Assembly: GCA_963776245.1 (NCBI GenBank) | Contig: CAVZLN010000009.1 | Coordinates: forward strand, 32,001-96,000 | Direction: 5' to 3' | Source: Candidatus Eiseniibacteriota bacterium | Lineage (GTDB): Bacteria > Eisenbacteria > RBG-16-71-46 | DNA: 64,000 bases | In this document: one piece after another, positions 10,156-18,433 of the stretch | Numbering within the stretch: the first letter of the stretch is position 1 | Layout: each line of letters opens with the position of its first letter | Notes under the pieces: generated by a model | Seen by the model: only the letters and a program-made list of their open reading frames with translations | What the model was told of the DNA's origin: nothing | Database searches by the model: none | Translations under genes and position numbers: made by a program

Positions 10156-11591
10156 CGGAGCACCTCGCCCGCGATCTGGATCATCCGTGCCACGACCCGG
10201 GGCTGGTTGGCTGCGATGGTCGCGAGCGGCACCGGCCCGGAGTGGCTGATCATCCCGAGCGCGTATTGCCCGAGGAGCAGGAGATTCCAGCCCGTGAGCG
10301 CGAAGGCGGCGAGCGGGGCGAGCCACCACGCGCGGGACGCGCCCTTCCCCGCGCCGGGGACCCGCGCGTTCATCCCCTCGCGGCGCGCGAGCGCGCCCCG
10401 CGCGTCCTCGAGGAAGACCGCGAATCCGAGGATCAGCAGGGGCGTCCCGCTCACCAGCCGGCGCATGCCGAACGACGCGCCTCCCCACCAGTCGCGCACC
10501 GTGCAGTTGGCGATCACCAGCAGGGCCAGCGCGGCGAGGCTCACCGCGGCGAGTTCACGGTCGCGGCGGAACAGCAGGAACAGACCGGCCACCGCCGGGA
10601 TCGCCACCGGCGTCCAGACGAACAGACCGTGACGCGCCGAGAACAGCGTGCCCCACAGTCCCGCCGGGAAGAAGCCGACATAGTCGGCCGGATGACGCAC
10701 CCACGGCCGGCCGTGGAAGTACTGCCACACCGCCAGCTGGGGCGCAGCCACCAGCACGAGCCCGAGCGCCGCCGCCCCGCCGCACACCATCAGGCGCGAC
10801 AGGCGAGCGCCGCGGGATCGCGGGCCCCCGGCCGCGAGCACGCGACCCGCCGCCGCGGCGAACGCCGGGAGCGCGAGCACCACGTCGTTCCAGCGCACCA
10901 GGAACATCACCCCGGCGAGCGCGCCCCACCGGAACCACGCACCCGCGCCCTCGTCGTGGCGCGAGCGCCACCAGTAGAGGAAGAACGCCGAGACCGCGAA
11001 CACCGAGAGCGCGTGGCTGTAGCTCGGCGCGAAGTACAGGTAATAGAGCAGGGGCGATGCCCACGCCATCGCCAGCACCGACCACTGCGCTTCAGGGGCC
11101 GGCGTCACCCCGCAGGCCAGGCGGTAGGCGATCAGCAGCCCGAGGACCCCGAACGCGAGCGAGCTCGCCGCGATCGCGAGGTAGTAGAGGCCGCCATAGC
11201 CGTCCGCGCGGCGCGCGCCGCCCGCGGCCCGGGTCAGCCGCGTGATCCCGTGGGCGACCAGGTAGGCCGGGGCCCACGCCAGCGCGGGCCCGATGCTGTA
11301 GTTCGAGGGCACCCGCCCGGTGACCGGGTCGGGTGCCGGCCGCTGGTACGCGGGGTCGATGCCGGGACGGTGGGCGCCGCGGGACAGGAGCAGGCTCGGC
11401 AGCCCGGACGCGTCCGCCTCGATGCGGCTCGAGAGATGCGCGAACTCGTCCGCGAGCTCGAGGTCATGGTCGACCACCGCCGAGCGCAGGACGGCGACGT
11501 AACCGATGCCGTCGCCGTGGACCCAGCAGGTGAGGAAGAGCGGAGCGACCGACAGCAGGCAGAGGACGATGATCCACTCCCGTCGCCTCAC
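10152..11591 (-). CDS. GT-C-like polytopic membrane protein (putative glycosyltransferase)
   Basis: GDGIGY...RS...D.DL, YSIGPALAW.P, YSH..S.F, LFSARHGLFVWTP, WWGGASFG.RR. Start is uncertain. Confidence 0.65.
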   Translation of the reverse strand: MRRREWIIVLCLLSVAPLFLTCWVHGDGIGYVAVLRSAVVDHDLELADEFAHLSSRIEADASGLPSLLLSRGAHRPGIDPAYQRPAPDPVTGRVPSNYSIGPALAWAPAYLVAHGITRLTRAAGGARRADGYGGLYYLAIAASSLAFGVLGLLIAYRLACGVTPAPEAQWSVLAMAWASPLLYYLYFAPSYSHALSVFAVSAFFLYWWRSRHDEGAGAWFRWGALAGVMFLVRWNDVVLALPAFAAAAGRVLAAGGPRSRGARLSRLMVCGGAAALGLVLVAAPQLAVWQYFHGRPWVRHPADYVGFFPAGLWGTLFSARHGLFVWTPVAIPAVAGLFLLFRRDRELAAVSLAALALLVIANCTVRDWWGGASFGMRRLVSGTPLLILGFAVFLEDARGALARREGMNARVPGAGKGASRAWWLAPLAAFALTGWNLLLLGQYALGMISHSGPVPLATIAANQPRVVARMIQIAGEVLR

Positions 11592-11773
11592 GGCTCCGCT
11601 CGCCCTCAAGGGTCGGTCCTCACCGGGTTCAACGCTGGTTCCATGCCCGCGGGCTCCGGCGGCGGCGGCCGATGGCCGTCGCACGTGGGAGGCGAGACTC
11701 CATTCGCGCCATCCAGCCTAGCACCCCCGGCCACCTCGGCCCTACCGGGATTCCGTGCTAGCGTGCGCGGCCC

Positions 11774-12982
11774 ATGCCCCCCCGGCACGCCCACCCTGCG
11801 GTCTTCATGGTCCTCATCCTTCCCTTCGGGGTGATGAGCGGCTACCTCGTGGTCACGCTCGGTTACCTGCTCGCCCACGCCGGGGTCCCGGTGGAGCGCA
11901 TCGCCGCGCTCATCGCGCTCAGCTATCTCCCCCACACCTGGAAGTTCGCGTGGGCCCCGATCGCCGACACCACGCTGACGCGCAAGACCTGGTACCTGAT
12001 CGCGGGCACGCTGAGCGCGGCCGGGATCTGGGCCACCGGGCTGATCCCGAACACCCTCGCCGCCCTCCCGCTGCTCTCGATCGTGGTGCTGGTCTCGAAC
12101 TTCGCGGTGACCTTCCTCGGCATGTCGGTCGAGAGCCTGATGGCGTACGGCACGCTCGACCACGAGAAGGGCCGCGCCGGCGGGTGGTTCCAGGCCGGCA
12201 ACCTCGGCGGCCAGGGCATCGGCGGGGGCGCCGGCGTGTGGCTCGCCCAGCACCTCGCGGTGCCGGCGATGTCGGGCGCGGTGCTCGCGGCCGCCTGTCT
12301 GCTCTGCTGTGCCGCGCTGTTCCTGGTGGCCGAGCCGGCCGTCGCATTCCGCGAGCGCTCGCTCGGCCGCAGCCTGGTCGCGGTCGCGCGGGACCTGTGG
12401 GGCGTGGCGCGCTCGCGCGGCGGGCTCATCGCACTCGTGCTGTGCGTGCTCCCGATCGGCTCGGGCGCGGCGTCGAACCTGTGGTCGGCGGTCTCCAGCG
12501 ACTGGCAGGCCTCGGCGAACACGGTCGCGCTCGTGACCGGCGTGCTCGCGGGCGTGGTGTCCGCGGTCGGATGCATCGCCGGCGGCCTGATCTGCGACCG
12601 CATGCCCCGCCGGACCGCGTACGCGGTGTTCGGCGTGCTCCAGGCGCTCTGCGCGGTGGCGATGGCGCTCTCGCCCCGCACCGAGTCCACCTACATCGTG
12701 TACACCAGTCTCTACGCGTTCATCACCGGGCTGACCTACGCCGGGTTCTCGGCCTTCGTGCTCGAGGCGATGGGGCTCGGCGCCGCCGCCACCAAGTACA
12801 GCCTGTTCGCCTCGCTCTCCAACACCCCGATCTGGTTCATGACCGAGGTGGATGGGCGCGCGCACGCGCGCTGGGGCCCGTCGGGGATGCTGTACGCCGA
12901 GGCCGCGCTCGGCCTGGTCGGCGTGCTGGCCTTCATCGCGGTCGCGGCCGCGCTCCGCGGGCGCCCGCCGCGCGCCGCCTGA
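11774..12982 (+). CDS. MFS transporter (AmpG-like)
   Basis: About 12 hydrophobic segments, P.TWKF.WAP..D, AATKYSLFASLSN. Confidence 0.8.
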   Translation: MPPRHAHPAVFMVLILPFGVMSGYLVVTLGYLLAHAGVPVERIAALIALSYLPHTWKFAWAPIADTTLTRKTWYLIAGTLSAAGIWATGLIPNTLAALPLLSIVVLVSNFAVTFLGMSVESLMAYGTLDHEKGRAGGWFQAGNLGGQGIGGGAGVWLAQHLAVPAMSGAVLAAACLLCCAALFLVAEPAVAFRERSLGRSLVAVARDLWGVARSRGGLIALVLCVLPIGSGAASNLWSAVSSDWQASANTVALVTGVLAGVVSAVGCIAGGLICDRMPRRTAYAVFGVLQALCAVAMALSPRTESTYIVYTSLYAFITGLTYAGFSAFVLEAMGLGAAATKYSLFASLSNTPIWFMTEVDGRAHARWGPSGMLYAEAALGLVGVLAFIAVAAALRGRPPRAA

Positions 12983-13140
12983 TCCCGCGGCGCGTCCCGC
13001 CGGTCCCCCGGGCGATTGGCCCGGATCGCGCGCCTTTGGCATACTGCGCCCGGACCGTAGCGTCACGAGCGGACCACCGTCGCCGCTACCCCCACACGAG
13101 ACGATCGCCGCTCCCACGCCCATCGTGAGGAGGCCGGATC

Positions 13141-14271
13141 GTGATCATCGGAGTGCCTCGTGAGACCGAGCGCCTGGAGCACCGCGTCGGCCTGACTCCC
13201 GCCGCCGTCGCCCGCCTCGTCCCGCTCGGACACGCCGTGCGGGTCGAGCGCAACGCCGGAGCGGACGCGCATTTCTCGGACCTCGACTACCAGCAGGCCG
13301 GCGCCGAGGTGGTGTACACCCCCGAGGAGGTCTACCGGCGGAGCGATCTGGTCTGCAAGGTCGGCATGCTCCCGCCCGGCGCGCTCGACCTGCTCAACCC
13401 GGGATCCCAGATCTGCGCCTTCCATCATCTCGCGGTCGCGCCGCGCGCCTCGGTGGACCGGCTGATGGCCCTCGAGGCCACGCTGATCGGGTACGAGATC
13501 ATCGCCGACGAATCCGGCGTGCGCCCGGTCCTGCTGCCGATGAGCGACCTCGCCGGGCAGATGGCCATCCACGAGGCCGCCCACCGCCTGCAGATCCAGT
13601 CCGGCGGCCGCGGCATCCTGCTCGGGAACACCCCCGGGGTGCCGGCCGCCACGGTGCTCATCCTCGGCGCCGGCGAGGTCGGCACGGTCGCGGCCCGTCA
13701 CGCCACCGCGATCGGCGCCCACGTCATCGTGATGGACGGCGACGCCGCGAAGCTCCAGCGGCTGTTCCGTGCCATGGGCGGCCGCGTCCAGACCTCGCTC
13801 ATGGATCCGGCCCAGCTCGCGCGCTACGTCATGATCGCCGACGTGCTCATCGGCGCCGTGCTCATCCCCGGCGGCCGCGCCCCGTTCCTGGTGACCGAGG
13901 CGATGGTGAAGACGATGAAGCCCGGCAGCGTGATCGTGGACGTCTCCATCGACCAGGGCGGGTGCGTCGAGACCAGCCGCCCGACCACGCTCGACCATCC
14001 CACGTTCCGCGTGCACGACGTGGTCCACCACTGCGTCCCGAACATGACCTCCGACATCGCGCGCACCGCGTCGCGCGTGCTGGCGGACGCCGCCATGCCC
14101 TACATCACCCGCATCGCCGGGAGCGGGCTCGACCGCGCGCTGCTCGACGATCCGGGCCTGGCGGAAGGCGTCTACATGTATCGCGGCCAGCTCGTGCACG
14201 AGGCCGTGGCCGGGCTGGTGGGCGTGCCGCGCGCGCGCCTCGACGGGCTGCTCGCGCGCGGGGGGCGCTGA
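13141..14271 (+). CDS. ald: Alanine dehydrogenase
   Basis: IGVPRE...EHRVGLTP, PMS.LAG, G.GEVG, DVSIDQGGCVETSRPTT, VPNM. Confidence 0.9.
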   Translation: MIIGVPRETERLEHRVGLTPAAVARLVPLGHAVRVERNAGADAHFSDLDYQQAGAEVVYTPEEVYRRSDLVCKVGMLPPGALDLLNPGSQICAFHHLAVAPRASVDRLMALEATLIGYEIIADESGVRPVLLPMSDLAGQMAIHEAAHRLQIQSGGRGILLGNTPGVPAATVLILGAGEVGTVAARHATAIGAHVIVMDGDAAKLQRLFRAMGGRVQTSLMDPAQLARYVMIADVLIGAVLIPGGRAPFLVTEAMVKTMKPGSVIVDVSIDQGGCVETSRPTTLDHPTFRVHDVVHHCVPNMTSDIARTASRVLADAAMPYITRIAGSGLDRALLDDPGLAEGVYMYRGQLVHEAVAGLVGVPRARLDGLLARGGR

Positions 14272-15569
14272 TGTCCTGGCTCGACGACTACCGCTCCCGC
14301 GTGTGCTCGGCCGACGCGGCGGTGTCCCGCATCCAGAGCGGCGACCGGGTGTACTACAGCGGCAACGCGGCGATCCCCCGGGCGCTGGTCGCCGCGCTCG
14401 CGCGCCGCGCCCCGGCCCTGCACGACGTCCGGCTGACCCACGTGCTCCTGCTCGGCGAGGATCCGCTCTCGGCCCCGGGGATGGAGCGGCATTTCCGCCA
14501 CCACTCGCTGTTCGTCGGCCCCGCCGACCGCCGCGCGGTGAACGAAGGGCGGGCCGACTACGTGCCCATCTTCCTGCACCAGATCCCGCGGCTGTTCGCG
14601 GAGGGCATCTTCCCGCTCGACGTCGCGATGGTGACGGTCTCTCCGCCCGACGCCCACGGCTTCATGAGCCACGGCGTCGAGGTGCTCGCCTCGAAGGCCG
14701 CCTGCCGCCACGCGCGGCTGGTGATCGCCCAGGTCAACGAACGGATGCCGCGCGTGCTCGGAGACTCGTTCCTGCACGTCAGCCGGTGCGCCGCGATCGT
14801 GGAGCACACCGAGGAGCTGCCGACGCTCGGGGGCCGGGAGCTCACCGAGGTGGAGCGGGCCATCGGGCGTAACATCATCGGACTGATCGAGGATGGCGCC
14901 ACCATGCAGATGGGCATCGGCGGGATCCCCGACGCGGTGTACGAGTCGCTCGACGGGCTCAACGACCTCGGCATCCACACCGAGATGCTCTCCGACGGGG
15001 CGATGCGCGCCATCGAGCGCGGGATCATCACCGGCAACGCCAAGAACCTGCACCCCGGCAAAGCCGTGATCACCTTCGCGCTCGGCAGTGACGCGCTCTA
15101 CCGCTACCTCGACAACAACCCGATGATCGAGGCCCACCCGGCGGAGTACGTGAACGACCCGCGGGTGGCGAGCCAGAACGACCGGCTGGTGGCGGTGAAC
15201 TCGGCGATCGAGATCGACCTGACCGGCCAGGTGTGCTCGGACTCCATCGGCACGCTGATCTACTCGGGCTTCGGCGGACAGGTCGACTTCATCCGCGCCG
15301 CCGCCTGGTCGAAGGGCGGCAAGCCCATCATCGCGCTCCCGGCGACGGCGAGGGACGGCACCGAATCGCGCATCACGCCCATGCTCAAGCCCGGCGCCGG
15401 CGTGGTGACCAGCCGCGCCGACGTGCACTGGGTGGTGACCGAGCACGGCGTCGTCAACCTGTTCGGCAAGAACCTGCGCGAACGGGCGGAGGCGCTGATC
15501 CGCATCGCGGACCCGGCGTTCCGGGCCCGGCTCGAGACCGCCGCGAGGGAGCGCAAACTGCTGCCGTGA
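14271..15569 (+). CDS. Acetyl-CoA hydrolase/transferase (4-hydroxybutyrate CoA-transferase-like)
   Basis: QMGIGGIPDAV, LGIHTEM, SGFGGQVDF, VVTEHG. TGATG coupling to ald. Confidence 0.9.
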   Translation: MSWLDDYRSRVCSADAAVSRIQSGDRVYYSGNAAIPRALVAALARRAPALHDVRLTHVLLLGEDPLSAPGMERHFRHHSLFVGPADRRAVNEGRADYVPIFLHQIPRLFAEGIFPLDVAMVTVSPPDAHGFMSHGVEVLASKAACRHARLVIAQVNERMPRVLGDSFLHVSRCAAIVEHTEELPTLGGRELTEVERAIGRNIIGLIEDGATMQMGIGGIPDAVYESLDGLNDLGIHTEMLSDGAMRAIERGIITGNAKNLHPGKAVITFALGSDALYRYLDNNPMIEAHPAEYVNDPRVASQNDRLVAVNSAIEIDLTGQVCSDSIGTLIYSGFGGQVDFIRAAAWSKGGKPIIALPATARDGTESRITPMLKPGAGVVTSRADVHWVVTEHGVVNLFGKNLRERAEALIRIADPAFRARLETAARERKLLP

Positions 15570-15716
15570 GCCGGCGCCGCGGCGCGGCCGGACCCCGAGC
15601 GCCCCATCGGACGTGCCCGGGCTCGGCTCGCCGCACCGGGCGCCCCCGATGCGCCCTCCAGACCGGCGGTCATCCGACCGATAACGCCTCCGAACCCGAA
15701 CCGCGGAGGAACCCGG

Positions 15717-16097
15717 ATGGACCCCATCGTGCTGTGGATCGCCGTCGCCACGATCCTCGCCAGCCTCGTGATGCTCTCCCGCTTCTCGCGCGTGAACGTG
15801 CGCGTGAGCTCGGACTTCTCGTTCCACGACCTGCACGCGACTTCGATGGAGGCGCACCAGCGCATCGGCGAGTATCTGCGCGCCAACTTCAGCGGCGATC
15901 CGGCGGCGCTCGCGACCACGCTGCGCGGATTGCTGCCGGCGGTGCGCGAGATCGCCGCGCGCCACGGACAGAAGCTCGATGACGACCTGGTGCGGATCGT
16001 GATCGCCAGTTCGATCACCGCGCACCACCTCGCCTCGCGCGCCCAGGCCGAGGCCGCGATCGCGGAGGCGCTGCGGCTCGAGCGCGGCGCGGCCTAG
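15717..16097 (+). CDS. Hypothetical protein with N-terminal TM helix
   Basis: GGAGG RBS, typical codon usage, no recognisable motif. Confidence 0.6.
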   Translation: MDPIVLWIAVATILASLVMLSRFSRVNVRVSSDFSFHDLHATSMEAHQRIGEYLRANFSGDPAALATTLRGLLPAVREIAARHGQKLDDDLVRIVIASSITAHHLASRAQAEAAIAEALRLERGAA

Positions 16098-16663
16098 CGG
16101 GTCGACTCCCGCATCACCTCGGCCACCAGCGACTCGAAACGGCGCTCGTCCCACGGGCCCTGTCCCCGCCAGCGCACCACCCCCCGACGGTCCAGCAGCA
16201 CCAGGTACGGGTCGTCGCGAGCGGCGGCGGAGTACCCCAGCCGCGCCTTCCACGACTTGGTGTCCCCGTACACCACCATCACGTTCCCGTGCAGCTCGCG
16301 CGGCGTGCCCTTGCGCATCCCACCCTCGATGAACGGCCCTCCCATGCGCCCCATCCGGCCGATCATCGGCACCTCGAACAGCGTCGCCGAGGTGTCGGAC
16401 GCGAAGCGCGCGCGATAGCGTCCGGCCCACTCCTCGACGGCGTGGCGCGAGGCATGGGAGAAGCCGAGGATCACCAGCGTCACCCGGCCACGTGCGGCAT
16501 CCGGCAGCGCGTCGTCGTGCCCGGTGAGCAGGCGGCCTCCGAGTCGTGGCATGAGGTCGCCGGTCGCCAGCGGCGGCGGCTTCGCGGCGGCATGCGCGGA
16601 CGGCACGGCCAGCACGGCCAGGGCGACGAGGAGGGCGAGACCGATGGTGGGGTGGCGGAGCAT
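16094..16663 (-). CDS. Exported thioredoxin-like-fold protein (ATP10-like, no CxxC)
   Basis: Signal peptide; G..LTG....LPD, IEGGMR...P, YLVLLD..G.VRW...G. Confidence 0.6.
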   Translation of the reverse strand: MLRHPTIGLALLVALAVLAVPSAHAAAKPPPLATGDLMPRLGGRLLTGHDDALPDAARGRVTLVILGFSHASRHAVEEWAGRYRARFASDTSATLFEVPMIGRMGRMGGPFIEGGMRKGTPRELHGNVMVVYGDTKSWKARLGYSAAARDDPYLVLLDRRGVVRWRGQGPWDERRFESLVAEVMRESTR

Positions 16664-16780
16664 GCGGGATCTCCCGGGTGGGATCGCGAGGCCCCGACCG
16701 TCGCCGATCGGGCCCGGATCGTCAATCGCCACGGCGATCGCCCCTCGAACCGCGCCGCCGCGGCAGACATCTGAAACAGC

Positions 16781-17878
16781 ATGACCCTGCCCCCGCGGCT
16801 GCTGGCGCTCGGCACCGCGCTCCCGGAACACGTCGTCCGGCAGGACGACGTGCAGCGGTTCGCCTCAACGCTGTTCGCGAACCTCCTGCAGGGCGACGGA
16901 CGGCGGTTGCTCGCGGTGTTCGAGAACGCCGGGGTCGAGACCCGTCACTTCTGCCTGCCGCTCGAGTGGTTCGCCACCCCGCGGACCTTCGGCGAGACCA
17001 ATGCGCTCTACGTCGAACACGCGCTCGCGCTCGGCGAGCAGGCCGCGCTGGTGGCGCTCGAGCGCGCGGACCTCGCACCGTCCGACGTGGACCACATCAT
17101 CTTCGTCTCGTCGACCGGCATCGCCACCCCGAGCCTCGACGCCCGGCTGGCGGGCCGGCTGCGCTGTCGCGGGGACGTGCGCCGCACGCCGCTGTGGGGA
17201 CTGGGGTGCGCGGGAGGCGCCGCGGGCCTCGCGCGCGCCCGCGACTTCGCGCTCGCCGACCCGCGGGCGCGCGTGCTCCTGGTGGCGGTGGAACTGTGCA
17301 GCCCGACCTTCCAGCGCGACGACCTCACGCGCCAGAACCTGGTGGCCGCGTCGCTGTTCGCCGACGGCGCCGCCGCCGCGCTGGTGGCGGGAGCCGAAGC
17401 GGCCGCTCCGGAGGCCCCCGCCGACGGGCGCGCGGCGCTCGCGCTGCTCGACGCGCGCAGCACGCTGTGGCCCGACACCCTCGATATCATGGGCTGGGAG
17501 GTGGATCAGACCGGCCTGCACGTCGTGTTCTCCCGCGACATACCGACCGTGGTGCGTGAGTGGGTGCGCCCGGCCCTGGAGGCATTCCTCACCGACCACG
17601 GGCTCGGACTGGCCACGTTGCCCCACGTGGTCGCGCACCCGGGCGGGCCCAAGGTGCTGGCGGCGTACGCCGAGGCGATCGGCCGCGATCCGCAGGTCTT
17701 CGTCCATGCGCGCGAGGTCCTTCGCCGCTGCGGGAACATGTCGTCGCCCACCTGCCTGTTCGTGCTCGAGCGCCTGCTCGAGGCGAACGGGATACGGCCC
17801 GGCGAGCACGCGCTGCTGGCGGCGCTCGGTCCCGGCTTCGCGTCCGAGATGGTGCTGATGCGGGCGCCGCGCGCGTGA
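16781..17878 (+). CDS. Type III polyketide synthase (chalcone synthase-like, BpsA/SrsA type)
   Basis: Catalytic Cys-His-Asn in GLGCAGG, HPGG and GNMSS; also LFADGAAA and GPGF. Confidence 0.92.
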   Translation: MTLPPRLLALGTALPEHVVRQDDVQRFASTLFANLLQGDGRRLLAVFENAGVETRHFCLPLEWFATPRTFGETNALYVEHALALGEQAALVALERADLAPSDVDHIIFVSSTGIATPSLDARLAGRLRCRGDVRRTPLWGLGCAGGAAGLARARDFALADPRARVLLVAVELCSPTFQRDDLTRQNLVAASLFADGAAAALVAGAEAAAPEAPADGRAALALLDARSTLWPDTLDIMGWEVDQTGLHVVFSRDIPTVVREWVRPALEAFLTDHGLGLATLPHVVAHPGGPKVLAAYAEAIGRDPQVFVHAREVLRRCGNMSSPTCLFVLERLLEANGIRPGEHALLAALGPGFASEMVLMRAPRA

Positions 17879-18417
17879 CGTCCGCCGCCGGGGCCCCCGC
17901 GCTGGCGCTCGCCGCGTTCCTGGTGTTCCTCGTCGCACAGCGCGTGCTCGAACTGCGGCTCTCGGCGCGCCACGCGCGGGGCCTCGCGAGCCTCGGCGGG
18001 GTGGAGCACGGCGCGCGTCATCTTCCCCTGTTCGTGGTCCTGCACGTCGCGTGGCCGCTCGCGCTGATCGCCGAGGTGGCGTGGCTCGGCGCCCGCCCGC
18101 CGCACGCGTGGACCGCGTGGCTCGGGGTCTTCCTCGCCGCCCAGGGCCTGCGCGCGTGGTCCATCCGCACGCTCGGGGAGCGCTGGACGGTGCGCATCTG
18201 GGTGGTGCCCGGTGCGGCGCCGGTGACCCGGGGGCCCTATCGCTGGCTGCGGCATCCCAACTACGTCGCGGTCACGCTCGAGTTGCTCGCCGCGCCGCTG
18301 ATGTTCGGCGCCTGGCGCACCGCGGTCGCCGCCACGCTCGCGAACGCCGTGGCACTCGCGATCCGCATCCCGGCGGAAGAGCGGGCGCTCGGGCGCCAGC
18401 GGCGCGGGCGCGGCTGA
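17875..18417 (+). CDS. Isoprenylcysteine carboxyl methyltransferase family (BpsB/SrsB-like)
   Basis: QR..EL..S, LG.RW..RI, GPYRWLRHPNY, RI..EE.AL. GTGA overlap with the PKS. Confidence 0.88.
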   Translation: MTSAAGAPALALAAFLVFLVAQRVLELRLSARHARGLASLGGVEHGARHLPLFVVLHVAWPLALIAEVAWLGARPPHAWTAWLGVFLAAQGLRAWSIRTLGERWTVRIWVVPGAAPVTRGPYRWLRHPNYVAVTLELLAAPLMFGAWRTAVAATLANAVALAIRIPAEERALGRQRRGRG

Positions 18418-18433
18418 CGGGCGCGGGCCCGGT

